Assembly (NCBI RefSeq): GCF_006345805.1
Contig: NC_043000.1
Location: 161,882,001 to 161,946,000, forward strand
Origin: Octopus sinensis
Lineage: Eukaryota
Reading direction: 5' to 3'
DNA length: 64,000 bases
In this document: piece after piece, positions 11,819 to 25,057 of the stretch
How positions within the stretch are numbered: the first letter of the stretch is position 1
Layout of the letters: each line of letters begins with the position of its first letter
Position numbers and translations under genes: made by a program
Notes under the pieces: generated by a model
Database searches by the model: none
Told to the model about the DNA's origin: nothing
What the model saw: the letters and a program-made list of their open reading frames with translations, nothing else

Positions 11819-13119
11819 CCTCCATATATGTGTGTGTGGAAGCTTACATACATACTTACATGTACATATTCTTTCATCTATCCAAAGAGGAATTTTTAAC
11901 CCAATATTTACATACTGTTATTTATTGTCTTATGCGTACTTTGAGAACCAATTCCAAAAAATGAATTATTCCTTGTTCTCTCAAAAGTTTTTAAATTCTT
12001 ATAACGCCATTCACTTTGCAACCATGTGGTTTAGGTTTCAGACACACTTATGCAGCACTTTAGGCAAATGTTATATACTATTGTCCTGAGTCCCACTTAA
12101 TTTGGTTGGAACCTGCAGCTGAAAACATGGGATGAAGTACTGAAAGTTGACCCCAGGATCCTGAGCCTCACAAAGATGAGGACAATGGACTAGAATGCCT
12201 GTGATGGGAAGTTCTTGAAAAGACCTACTCTCCTCAATAAAACTGAATTCTGGAAGTGCTCTGCACTCACACGTTACAGTGATTCACTCCACCAAGCCAA
12301 ATTATCCACCATCATGCACAATTCCTGCCAAAGCTAACACTGACATATGATACAGTCTGTCAAACCACCCAATCCATGCTAGCATGGATTACGGAGGTAG
12401 GATGATGATGAGGGATACATGTGTGTGTGTGTGTGTGTGTTTTAGTGTCTGTGTTTGTCCACCCACTGCATGACAACCGATGTTGGTTTGCTTACATCCC
12501 TGTAACCAAGTGATTTAGCCAAAAAGATTAATAGAATAAGTATCAGACTGAAAAAAATAAATACCGAAGAGGATTTCTTTGATTAGAACCCTTTAGTCTG
12601 GAGCGCCAGCATGGCCTCATCTGTGGTCAGTATTATATCGTTTTTTCTTTTATACCAATGTTATTGATCAATACTGTCTCCACTGTAGTAGCAAAAAACT
12701 CATCTAGGTGTTGTGCAAGGTGTGGAAATGGTAAGGAGGGGATGTAAGGGTACATAAGTGTAGCTATAGGGAGTGTGGTATGATGGCAGATATGAGAGTG
12801 TTGAGAATGTTAGCGGGGTCTTAAAGTGTAGTTTAGCAGAGGAAAGAAATAACTGAACGCATTGAAAGGTAATTGGTAAAAATAGTGTTTGTGGGGAAAA
12901 AATAGTGTAATGGGAATAAGGGATGGTAGTGGGTCTAGATGGAAGAAGAGGTAACTGGTAGTATAAAGAAAGCGTGAAGGGTAATATGTTCTAATTCTGC
13001 TCTTGAGTGATTACAGCCACCAAGTAATGACATAGTGGAATGATGGAAGAGAAAAATATATAGGGAATGGTTGACAGAACAGAAAGGCTTACAGACACAA
13101 ACAGAATGCTTTCAGGGCA

Positions 13120-14940
13120 CCATTTTTTGTTACAATGGGTAGGGCTTTTCAAGCATAGCAAACAACAATCATCTCAGTCTTTTGTCATTTCCTCTATAGG
13201 GTTGATCATCTTGAGATTGGCCTCCACTACTTCATCCTATAGCTTCCTGAGCCTCACTCTTCCACAAGTCTCATCCACTTTAAGTGACCAGCACTTCTCT
13301 ATGCAACTATCCTCATCCATACAAGTCATATGACCAAATCAGAGCACTCTTTTCTTTTGCATGCTACATTTGATTCCTCTTATACCTAATTTTCCTCTCA
13401 ATATCATATCACTTTGTCATAAATTCACATTGATATTGCACATCCAACAGAGTGTACTAGCTTCATTCCCCTCTAGTCTTCACATCTCTGCATTCAGAGT
13501 CTACACCTCAGTACCCTATTCTTTATATACAAGCATTGTATAATTAGCCTTTCACTCTGAGAGAGAGAGAGAGACACCTTTTATTGTCAGCTGAACTTTC
13601 TTCATCCTATTCTTATTCTAGCAAGTATATTTTCAGAAGATCCCCCTTCCACTGCTAATTATATCATCTAGGTACCTGAAGCTATCTATTACATCTAGGG
13701 AGCATCCAGGAAGTATGATACAATTGCCCATGAGTCCTTAATCTCCATTGCTCCTGTGCATCTTCCATGTACTGACCCTACTTTCCCTGTTAAGTTTCTT
13801 GTGATTATACTGCATTTTTTGTGTGTCCGGAGTTTTGGTGCACCATGCAGAATTCCTGCCTACACCTTTCCTACATATTGAGCAGGAACATTTACCAGGG
13901 AAGAAGTGAGCAATGGAGAGGTGGATAATAGAGAGGAGGATAGTAAGATGGGTAACAGAGCAATAGAGAAATGAACTATAGAAAGATGGGAGGTAAGCAA
14001 GGCAGCAGTTGTCGACTTAACAGCAGATATATCTGTTATTCCTCTGTTCCCCTATCATTATCAATTTTGACATTCATCTCATCATGGTTGCATGAGTGAA
14101 TGTATCTTCTCTAGCACAACATGATCCTTTATCATTTCCCTTATGATTTTTGTCACTTTACATCAAGCATTCCTTGATTTCCCACCAAAGATTTTATTTA
14201 CGATGTGCACACAGTACATTTTTATACAACTCCATAAGTATCACATGGGAAAACCTGTATAATCTTTTCTTTTGACACTATGGCCGAGTCCTCATATATT
14301 CAGTTATTCTTGTACAAGTTCATTTGTAGTCTATCACTCACATATACATATTATACATTCAACAGAGCAAGCTCTCTTCACATCTTTCTAGGCTTCACAA
14401 ATCTTCTGCATTCATGGCCCATGTCTCAAACACACTTTGTACAAAATCATACAATCTACCTTTTACTCTGAGAGAGAAATTCCTCACTGCTATTTAAAAA
14501 CTTTTCACAACCTCTCATTTTGCTAGCTCATATACTTCCAAAGTACCCTCACCAACTTCTAATTAAGTCACAGAGATAACAAAAGATATTAACTAGGAAG
14601 CCGTCAAATAATTTGAGAGACCATTTTCTGTGAGTTATTAATATGAAGCCTTTCTTCTTTATTTTTCTGTTTTTAATTCTGCTACACCTTGTGCTTCCAT
14701 AGTTTACCATGAGGACTCCATGAAATTTTTACCCATTTCTTTACTACATATTAAGCATGGCCACTTGTTGGACAGTGGTAGTGTCTGTTTTTTTCTCCTT
14801 CTTATTAAGACTTATGTCTTCACAAGGTTTACTTTCACATCTCTCAGTTCAAGGCTTTATGTCCACGTTTGAAAGTTTTTCTCTAATTTTTCATAAATTC
14901 GGCTATGAGCAAGATTTGGAATGGGTATTCACATATTTTT
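13120..14940 (-). mobile_element. Two adjacent decayed RTE LINE fragments
   Basis: Minus-strand remnants FGHMTCMDEDSCIEKCWSLKVDETCGR (~13250-13340) and LEKNFQTWT*SLELRDVKVNLVKT (~14810-14890). Confidence 0.6.
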
Positions 14941-15059
14941 TCAATAAACTAAGCTCATTTTCAGTGTAAAAGGGGGAAGTTATTGTTCGATAATGTACAC
15001 TGCAGTTACAGCATACTTTGTATCTGGATCTGTCTAGATGTGTTCTGAATAAATATGAG

Positions 15060-15600
15060 TAATTGTTCACATAACAGTGAGGTCAACATGACCATAAAAG
15101 AGAAAAGGCAGATTTGGAAAGAATGGAAAAGGGTTGGGATAGCAAAGAACCATATCAGTTGTGAACTTAGTGTACAGATAGATGTTCATCAAGGCTCAGC
15201 GCTCAGCTCCTTCCATCATCCACCAGGCCATAACAGGAATTTAAGATAAGCTGCTCATGGGGTCTATTGTATGCTTATGATAGCAGAATCTGCAATAGAA
15301 CTAGAACAGAAATTTGTGGTGTGGAAGTAAAACCTGAAATTGAGGGGCCATAAAGCTAACATAGCAAAGACCAATGTCCTGGTACATGTTAATGGCCCTG
15401 CTTGATATGTTGGAAAAGTGAAGGTAGAAATTCCATTTGGTGTACCCTTGCAAGCTATAGACATACAAAATGTACAGTAAAATAATAGGAATGGTAACAA
15501 AGAAAGTAATATTTGATATTTGTATGTGGAAGATGTACAGGAGCCCTAAAGTCTACAGAAATATGGAGGCTTTTGTAGAGATAATTTCTGCTAATGAGCA
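15060..15600 (+). mobile_element. Decayed RTE LINE fragment
   Basis: IKEKRQIWKEWK and VQIDVHQGSALS (RT QG motif) remnants. Confidence 0.55.
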
Positions 15601-16129
15601 GTGGAGCTAATTAGCTTTCTCAGTTATCTTTCTTCCCCTACCTCAAGCCACTTCCATTTCCCATTGTCTTCTCCAGCTGCCTATCTCGTCTCACAAACTT
15701 CCTTTCTGCTCGTTTTCTCCCCTGTGATGTTCCCTGTCATTAACACCTTACTTACTAGCTATCACCCTCAATGCCCTCACATATCTACTGCAACCCCTAC
15801 CACTACCACTCAGAGCCTCTCCTATATTTATCTCCATCATTTGCTACAATCACCTCAATCTTACCCACTCACCCAGTCTAAATCTCTGTATCACCTCACC
15901 AATTCTCATTACCCCAATGTCACTCAAGGGTATGTCTCAACACATCTTCACCATCCTCTCTCTTACTATCATTCTCTTTAGCCTCATCTGAAGCTTATTC
16001 TTCTTTTTCTCCTAACTGAGGTATCTATGTATCTGCTCTACAAAAAGATACCTTTTTCTCTTCTTCTACACCATTAATCTCTCAACTGGCACAGAGCCAC
16101 ACCATCCCCTTGACACTGCTCCCTGTGCC

Positions 16130-16400
16130 CAGTTAAAGGTTTCTTTTGTCTTGCAAGGTACTTGGTAACCTTCTTGATGCTGGTATCATATAAAAAGCAC
16201 TGGTGCTGGTGCCACATAAAAGGTATGGATGCCAGTGCTATGTAAAAGACACCCAGTACACTCTTTAAAGTGGTTGGCATTAAAGAGGGCATTCAGCTGG
16301 AGAAACCATGCCAAAACAGACAATGGAACATGGTGTAGCTCCCAGCCTAATCAGCTTGATGTTAAAATGTCCAACCCATGCCAGCAAGGAAAACAGACAT
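16130..16400 (+). mobile_element. RTE 3'-tail element, degenerate copy
   Basis: GTGGTTGGCATTAAAGAGGGCATTCAGCTG..TCCAACCCATGCCAGCAAGGAAAACAGACATT. Confidence 0.65.
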
Positions 16401-16510
16401 TATGTGCTGATATATATAGATTCAGATGAATATGGTACTTAAGTTGCGGTACCAGAATTTAGTATGGTATTATCCATACAATTTCAAAATAAGGTGATTA
16501 ATATGTCTTT

Positions 16511-16599
16511 GTGCAACTGAAGATTGCTCTACATTTTAAATTGATGTAATGATTGCATTGTTCAATTAAATGGAGTTGCATGAAACGATTGTACTGCAT
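16511..16599 (+). ncRNA. Type I hammerhead-ribozyme-like motif with long stem II
   Basis: GTGCAA-CTGAAGA-T-TGC..GCA-T-GAAA-C-GATT-G-TA-CTGCAT; both core boxes intact, stem I has one mismatch next to the core. Confidence 0.6.
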
Positions 16600-17959
16600 T
16601 ACCTCTGGATATTCTCGTTGCTTATTTTGATATATATATATATATATACATACACACACACATTTTTCAACTAGTTTTGCTTATTGACTTTAATCTTACT
16701 GAGCACCATCTCTAAAAGTTTTACTTGATTGTATCAGTTATAGTGTTTTATATTGTACTATGTTATAGACCTCAGAAGAGGTTACTCAAAGAAAATTTAG
16801 TTGTGGAAAGCTGTAATGAAATAACACAAGATATTGTTCAAATTTCTACTAATTTAAGGTTATAGGTGCTGCTGTTTTATAGTGATAATTTTGTAATCCA
16901 TAAAATTTTAAATTGATGGAGTCATAAATGTACTCACTTGATACTGTACTCTGTTTGCAAGATTTATCAACCAACATTTGGGTTTACCAGGAAGTTCTCT
17001 TTATGATCCTTTGGGGTTATGTAAAGCTGAAAACTTTGTCATCTATTTTTAACCTAATTGCTAGTTTTGGGGGCTTACTTTTTAATAGTGTTTTATGCAA
17101 TAACTTGTTTATTTCTATGTTTTTCTAATGCAAGTTGGTAGTGTGTTTATATAACAGATTTTATGTTTCTTATAAGTATATTTGACTGAAATCTCTGATA
17201 GATTTCAAATTCATACATACAATGCTGGACATTACTTGCATAATTTCTAAACTGTTTTTTTTTTTTTTTTTGAAAATAAGGCTTGTATTTGTGTATTTTT
17301 TAATGCTAAACTTACTTCCTACATATACTTCTCATAAAAGTAGAGTTTTGATTTTATGTCTGTATGACATCTGACTTTTCAGTGAGGTATTATGTAAAAT
17401 CTTTTGCAATTGTATAAGTTTCCAATGAATAGAGCAGAAATGTTTGGGTATAGAAATGAAGAGAAAAGAGTACTCTACCTGTGTATCGTGGTGGGGTGTG
17501 TACATAAATATCATTGTCATCATTTTAATGTCTACTTTTCCATACTTACATGGGTCAGATGAGTTTTCAACAGCTGGGTACCTTTCTTGATGTCAGTCCC
17601 CACTTGTTTCTGCAAGAAGCATGGACATGTTTATGGAAAGAAATGGAAACAATAACACTATATTAATTAGCCTTTTCTTTACAAAGATGTCAATACATGT
17701 CAAAACATGTCACAAAGCCCAGACATGTTTTTGTGGTGGATTGCAAGCAAACAACACCCATAAACTTCAGTAAAGGCTTTCTTTACAACCAGCAAACACA
17801 TAAGATGATACGAGAAATGCAAACTCACTCACACATGCACAGACATGCATGTATACATACCTATATGTATGTATGTGTATGTATGTATGTGTGTATGTGT
17901 GTATGTATGTACGTATGATGTTTGTATGTGTGTGTATGTATATATGTCTATGACAGTCT

Positions 17960-18540
17960 TCTTTCACCTTCCATCTACAAAATTCTCTTACAAGTATTTG
18001 ATCAGCCTGGGGCTAGAAAGCATTTTATCAAGTTGCAATTCAGTGGGATTGAACCCAAAACCACATGGTTAGGAAGTTTCATTTACTGGACTGCAGCCAT
18101 GTTTGAGCACTACCTTGAAAGATCTAATTAAGAAATTAACCCAAGTACTTATTATGTTTTTTTTTCTAAGCCTCTTACTTATTCAGTAGGTTTCTTTTGC
18201 TGAACTACTAAGTTTCAGAAATGCAGACAAATGAACACCAACTGTTACCTGACGTAAGGTAAACACACAGACATATGCACACACACACGTGCACATATAT
18301 GCAAATGCACATACAGATACATGCATGCAGCACATGAACACACACAAGCATGCAAGCACACACACACAATAATAAACATTCGCATGACAGACTTCTGCAC
18401 AATTTTGTCTTCTAAATTTCCTCATCAAGCATTTGTTGGCCCATGGCTATAATTGAAAAGGCTTACCCATGATACCACACAGTGAAACTGAAACTAAAAC
18501 TTCATAGTTGCAAAGCAAACTTTTTATCCACTCAGCCCTT
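17960..18540 (-). mobile_element. Two degenerate copies of the 962-1381 SINE family
   Basis: CAGTGGGATTGAACCC..CCACATGGTT and TTTTGCTGAACTACTAAGTT segments complementary to 962-1381. Confidence 0.55.
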
Positions 18541-18699
18541 CCACAAATTTCAGGTATTTGATTGTTACCCTGGTGGGACACCACTGGCAAGTGTTTGAAT
18601 CAATGGAATCAGTCCCAGTACTTCACCTAGTACTATTTTATTAACTTCAGATGAGGGAAAGGCAAAGTTGACTCAACTGTATAAAACTGAAAAGGGTAC

Positions 18700-19510
18700 A
18701 GAGAACTTGCCGTGAGGAGTGGAATATCCAATGTTTGGGATTCAATCCTTCATCAGGGGGCAGAGAGAAAAAGGAGTAAAAAGTCAAACAGCGTTTACAT
18801 CCTCTCAGATTGAAAAACTGGCTGCAACTGTTAATTGACACAGAACAACAAGGGCTGCTAACGTGAAAAAGAAGTTATAGGAGAGGACGTGCAGAAAAGA
18901 GAAGGAAAAGGATGATGGTGAGAGTAGAGGTAAGTAAATATGGGAATGGTGTGGGGAGAGTGTGGAAGGAGAATTAAAAAGGGTAAAAAAAAAATTAAGA
19001 GGAGGTGAAGGGATGAAAGGAAAAATGTTCATTCATACCTGGTGGGGACATAGTGCCAAGATCAAATATGAGACATTGCTCCTTTTGTTTCCTAAAGAAG
19101 AAGGGGATCCGTGGTGCAAGGCCATACCACACACTGACAAATCTGCAATAGACTGATTCACTCTGTTGAAGTGGTTAGCGACAGGTTGGCCTGGCATATG
19201 AACCATTGTGCTTCTGATGTGTTCGCGATAGCGATCCCCGAGGCATTGCCATGTTTCTATAATGTAAAGAGCACCGCAGAGTTTGCATACAATGCAATAT
19301 ACAAGATTCGTCGAAGTGCAACAGAAGTGGTGTACTATATGATATTGCTTCTTGAGCCCCCTGATGGTGGTGATATTGTTAATGTAGGGGCATGTGTTAC
19401 ATCATCGGCAAAAACATTTAAAGGTTCCTGGTTGTGTGGAGCTGGAAGCTGTGAAACTTCTAACATGGAGATTTCTAAGACTCCTATCTTTTTTAAAAAA
19501 ACACGAGAGG
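18700..19510 (-). mobile_element. 5'-truncated Penelope-like element (Neptune-type GIY-YIG endonuclease relic plus terminal repeat)
   Basis: Minus-strand translation PLVFFKKDRSLRNLHVRS..PGTFKCFCR*CNTCPYI..HFCCTSTNLVYCIVCKLCGALYIIETWQCLGDRYREHIRS..PVANHFN, frameshift, RKQKEQCLIFDLGTMSPPGMN; hammerhead-like relic downstream. Confidence 0.85.
18728..18760 (-). ncRNA. Degenerate minimal hammerhead motif in the Penelope 3' repeat
   Basis: Minus strand CCCC-CTGATGA-A-GGATT-G-AATCC-CAAACATTGG; GAAA box mutated to CAAA, so probably inactive. Confidence 0.55.
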
Positions 19511-20099
19511 TATGCATGCAGGCATACATACATACTCATGCATGGTGGCTGTCAACTCATTAATCAAGTATAACTTTTCCTAATGCCAACACTGACAGAG
19601 TACATATACATGGGCACTAAACTAGTTAAAACTGACAACAGATAACCACACAAGTAATACACAAAAACACATTAATGTAGTATAATTTAATGACTTCAAC
19701 GATATTTACAATTAAATTATTGTTATATACAAACGGACTAAAATGTTTAAAGATAAATAATTAAAATAAATAAATCAAAAATTATTTGCCTGAAGCAATT
19801 AATATATAAGCAACAGTTACATACAAATTTGGTTCAGAACCATTGATAAGAAAATTTTATAGATTTTTACAGTTTAGATAATTGCTACAAGATGGTTATA
19901 AATAGTACATATGCTATATGACTGAAAATGAGTCTCTAGTCCAGCAAGTAATTTACATGTATTTCAACATAGATGATATGAAAATGCTTGATTTAGTTGT
20001 GAAGACTGCTGCAAATTGATATTGTGACATTTTGTGTGCCTAGTCAACCTAGATTTACTTCTGCTGATCTTATTAGAAACAGAGCAAGGTGCTTAAACA

Positions 20100-20790
20100 G
20101 ATTGTAAGTACTGGGCTTAAATAAGTGCTTCCACTTATGAAAAGCTAGTCCAGCATATGAGAGGTGAATATGATTGCAGGTGTCACAAGTAAAGAGAGAA
20201 GAAACTTTGGCCACAAGTAAACCCTTGCCTCTTTTTTTCCACTTGTTATTTGCAAACAAGTGGAGGCACATGGCCTAGTGGTTAGAGCAGTGGACTTGCA
20301 GTCAAGGGAGCGTGGGTTTGAATCTCAGACCGGGCGATGTGTGTGTTTATGAGCGAAACACCTAAGCTCCCTGCAGCTCTGGCAGAAGGTAATGGCAAAC
20401 TTCTGCTGACTCTTTCGCCACAACTTTCTCTCACTCTTTCCTCCTGCATCTTGCAGCTCAATGTGACGGACTGGCATCCCATCCAGGTGGGGAACCTATA
20501 CGCCAAGGAAACCAGGAAACTGGCCCTTATGAGCCAGGCATGCCTCGAGATGGAACAAGCAACAACAAAACATGCAAACAAAGCAGTATCATCCCAGTTT
20601 TTACTCCTCCACTTTGGCCAATCCATTGCATCACTCTCCCAGTTTTTCATTCTCAAAGCTCTTTAGTGTTCAACTTATTGAATCTTTGAAACACATTTTT
20701 GGTTTGTCTTGAGACCTCTTTGCTTCTTTTATCTGTCCATATAGGAGTTGTTTGGCTATGCATTGATCTGATTCTCTGTATGTATGTTCA
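20100..20790 (-). mobile_element. RTE/BovB-like LINE 3' relic interrupted by a SINE
   Basis: KRSQDKPKMCFKDS..WESDAMDWPKWRS..DTALFA | NNKWKKR..FTCDTCNHIHLSYAGLAFHKWKH (terminal CCHH motif) rejoins across the SINE. Confidence 0.65.
20260..20572 (+). mobile_element. tRNA-headed SINE with 9-bp target-site duplication
   Basis: TGGCCTAGTGGTTAGAG / GGTTTGAATC boxes, GGACTGGCATCCCATCCAGG (V-domain-like), (CAA)n tail; TGCAAACAA at 20251-20259 and 20573-20581. Confidence 0.8.
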
Positions 20791-20859
20791 TACATACATA
20801 CGGTCTGGAACCTCTATCTTGCTCAGAACATTAATTGTCTGGAAACCATTGAGTGACGT

Positions 20860-21378
20860 GCAATCAAGACAATACCCTCCATCAGGCATTTGCCACATTC
20901 TGAACGCCTTACTTCCCCGGGCATGGATACATTGAAACTCCAACATCTAGCAGCTGACTTGTTAGACATCCATAAAATTATTAACTATCTTACAAACAAT
21001 AATTCTGAGCACCTTTTCAAACCCTACCTGTCTAACACCCATGGACATGTTTACAAAGTCAGAAAACAGCACAGCTCCCATGACTTTCAGAAACATTTTT
21101 TCACGCTAAGAATTGCTGAAGCATGGAACAAACTGCTGGCATCAGTTGTTAGTTGTCGGAGCACTGCATCCTTCAAAACTTCCATGCTTCCTGAGATTCG
21201 CCAACACTACACCTGATTTTCTCCCCTCCATACACACGCAAGCATGTATCTGACTCATACACTGCTCACTTCCCAGACATTTGTACATTACTGCATATGC
21301 TTTATATGCACTTTCTGAAAAGTCATGGTGCACCTGAGCACTGTATACAATAATTTCATTATTATTTTTTTATTATTA
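20860..21378 (+). mobile_element. CR1-clade LINE 3' fragment
   Basis: DLLDIHKII..SNTHGHVYKVRKQ..KHFFTLRIAEAWNKL..VVS..SFK typical of the CR1 ORF2 C-terminus; (ATT)-type tail. Confidence 0.8.
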
Positions 21379-21515
21379 CATACATACATACATACACTGT
21401 AAATCAATACAAATTTACATTGTATTGAGTATTTTTAAATGATTTTTACCTATAAATATCACACAATGCTTAGTCCAACCTACATTACACTAATATATTT
21501 ATGTACTTATGTTTG

Positions 21516-21555
<40 letters not shown>

Positions 21556-24500
21556 TATACATACATGTATGTGTCTGCATGTGTCTATGTCTACACATGA
21601 ATCTTTATATTCCACATTTTTTTCCCACTGCACCATCTGAACTAAATGGTCAAATCATTTCACATCCCCCGAAATAACAAGATGTTCTTTGTTCCTGAAC
21701 TTTCAACTTGCATTAACCAGCGAAATAAGAGTAAAGATGTCTGTTACTTGAACATACATGAGGGTTGGCAACAGGAAGAGCAGCTAATACGGTACCACCT
21801 CGATAATCTCAATAACTATACAATATTGCCTCAATAGTCTTTGTCCAGTCTATTCCAGTATGGAAAACTGGACATAAAATGAACTTATAAATGTGTGTGT
21901 GCACGCACTCTGAATCACATAGAGATAAAATATACTGTCTGTTTATGACTTGGCAAGAGTTTTACAGTTTAGGATATGTGTAACTAGATATTAAATTTAG
22001 CCTTTGGATGAATAGATCTGCTTGAAGAATATACTATGCGTTAGTACCATCATTTCAAAACTATATGGCAGAATAAAAAAGTCTCAGTAAAGTTTATAGT
22101 TAAAATTCTCTAATAAATTGGAGTTAAATATTCTGCATAAGTTGAGTAATTCGTTTATTGTTCATTTAAAAAATAAAATTCATTGTGAACTGTAGCTTCT
22201 AACTTAAACTACTATAATTTTATTGTGCTGTTATTCAATCATTTAAAATTATCTCTCCATTTACTTTCTACTTAAACGTTACCTATTTAGTTAGATAAAC
22301 TCAAAGTGTAAAGTGTTATGAGAATCTTATGTTTTCTTGTGCAAGTAGTGTATACTCCATGATAACACTCTGGCTTATGAGCAGTCTAGGAGTCTTCTTA
22401 TGATATAAAATGTGTCTAATTTGACTGAAATCGCCACCATCATCATCATCATCATCTTCATGATCATTATTAGCTAAAGCAACACTAGATAACTACAATT
22501 TGTGTATCTCTGATAAATTACATGATATGTCATACAGCAAATTAGTAATTAATTAATTCCTTCTGCACAGGACTGTGATGATAACTTTGTAAACTTATTC
22601 TTGTATAACGATATAATATACAACCATTCTTCTATTAAAAGTTACGTAAGAAACAGATGTAATTAGCTGGCAATTATCCATTGTTTATTGTTATCCATTT
22701 GATATGGATATGGAACCATTGATGATGATGATGATGGAACCATTACTTTATAGCTGACCATATACATTGTCATGTAAATTAATTTAGATAGCTTGTTGAC
22801 AAAATGCATTAAGAATAAAAGCAGAGGGGTGAGCAAGAAAAACACCTACATTTCCCTGAGATCACACCCTACTGTATTAAGAAAAGTGAAGAACACAGTG
22901 GATAATGTAGTTATATGTGCTGTATGTCTGAAGAAAAGAAAGCAAATCTGGATGTTCAGCACTGGGATGTGTTTACTGAATGAAGCTTGACGACTTTAAT
23001 ATTATCATGCTCCTGTCTTGAGACTGTTACTGAGAGTTGATCTAGTTTTTTTTTCATTCACAAAATATACATTTTTTAAAAGGAAGTAAAAAATCTGAAA
23101 ATCAGCTATAATAAAGTAGTCTTCCAGTGTCATTGCTATGAAGGTATGATATGGAGAAAAATAATTGGAGGAAAAAGTTACAGAGGTTTAAAACATTTTC
23201 TGCATTTATTGGAGCAGTGTCAACTTTAAGGTTGTACCCTGTGAAATTTATAGTTTAGCATCTGTGACATGACCTGTTCATTGTAGGTTTCTGTCTGCAT
23301 GTGTTTACTTTTTGCGTATTTCAGTATTATGTATATCAGTCTTGTATTTGTATACATCATTAATATATAGGTGCATGTGGATGTATGTATTCATATATAA
23401 ATTTATACGTACATTTATACATTCATGTGTGTATGTGAAGGGGGTGTCTGTCTCCAAAACTCCAAAGTTGAGTAACGTTTTCATGTTTGCATTTGTAAAC
23501 TACAATAAGAATAACATTGGTCAACAAAGAATTTGTCCCAAGGAAAAGAATACCCGTTTCTTATATGTTTTTGCATGCAGAATTCAAACAGAATGTCAAA
23601 TTATCTGTATCATCCACAGTTTCTCTGTTCTACGATATCCCTTTCAGTTCCTGTTAACTGGGCTAAATTTCAGTTAAGCTGTTGAAATGTGAAGCTAATG
23701 GTTTATGAAATTCTCCTAATTAAAATTTTTATGAATAGAATTAATCTAGTGAAATCATAAATCCATCCATCTCAGTCAATGAGTCCAAAAATTATTTAAA
23801 ATGAAAAACATGTAAAAATACTAACACACAGAAGCACAGAAAAATATGTAATATACTAACACAGAAAAATTAAAACAAAACACACAGGTGAAAAGAATCT
23901 GATGATGTGAAGAACCACTTGTGAAAAATCAACATAGAACAACATGCAGCACAGACAACAGTGAAGTGAACCACAACACAGCATGTGGTTGTCATGGTAA
24001 CAAGCTGCTAATGCCTCGCTGTCTGTTGATTGGCTAAAATTGCCCAAATTTCCCCAACTTTAATTCCAAATAACATCAGATTCTTTAATTTACGAAGTAA
24101 AGTAATTGGTTGATCGTAATCAAAATTCAGGGTTGCATCGATACACCAAATTAAAAGCAATCTGATCGAAATTAAAGGGTCTCATTTTATGAATGAAAAA
24201 ACTAGATCCCTGAGAATGTGTCAGTGTTGCTTCACCCCAGTGACATCCTGATGCATTTGTGAATAAACCTGGCAATTTGAAATATTTCCCATACTCTATT
24301 CGTAAACTTCTTTTCTCCACTTATTTCTTGGCTTGATATCCCTAGTTTCTTATTTCCTACCTTACTACATATCCCTTTGCTAGTCCCATTCTTCCACTTA
24401 CTCAAAGCATTTTCTCTTGCATTTTACAGCTCTAATCACTGCTATCTTACTATCATATTACCATTGCTCAGCAAAGGTTCTGCTTCATCACAGAATTGTT

Positions 24501-24825
24501 TGGTGATTTGCCGTTGGTTGACTTTTAAGATTGCCCAGATGTCTTGTATGCCAGTGTTTTCATAGGGATGGTTGGTGGGGTTCCTGTAACTATAACAAAC
24601 ACTATCTATGAGGATTGAAAAATGAGCAAATTATCATTTTTTAATAAAATTATGATGGTTTTATACTTTCTAAACTTGTTGAACAACAAGACAAAGAAAA
24701 GAGAATTATATGAAAGCAAACACTTTTTCTGCCTTCTTATTTATACGGGGAAGGGATTAAAAAATTATACTTCTATTTGGTAGTGATGCATGATATTTGT
24801 CAGTCTGAGAAGCACTACTCCATAC

Positions 24826-25057
24826 CTATTTCTTTATTACCCACAAGGTGCTAAACACAGAGGGGACAAACAAGGACAGACATAGGTATTAAGTCGATTA
24901 CATCGACCCCAGTGCGTAAATGGTACTTAATTTATCGACCCCGAAAGGATGAAAGGCAAAGTCGACCTCGGCGGAATTTGAACTCACAATGTAACGGCAG
25001 ACGAAATACCGCTAAGCATTTCGCCCGGCGTGCTAACGTTTCTGCCAGCTCACCGCT
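24826..25057 (-). mobile_element. Well-preserved Nin-domain tRNA-derived SINE
   Basis: Minus strand GAGCTGGCAGAAACGTTAGC..GAGTTCAAATTCC..GCCTTTCATCCTTTCGGGGTCGATAAATTAAGTACCA (Nin/Deu domain motif); CpGs retained. Confidence 0.8.

Noticed and set aside
20262-20335. tRNA gene candidates (also ~11476 and ~965)
   Set aside because: A/B boxes only, continuing directly into SINE bodies; no complete cloverleaf
23878-23910. KHTGEK zinc-finger linker-like reading
   Set aside because: Followed by NLMM*, with no finger or splice context; chance match
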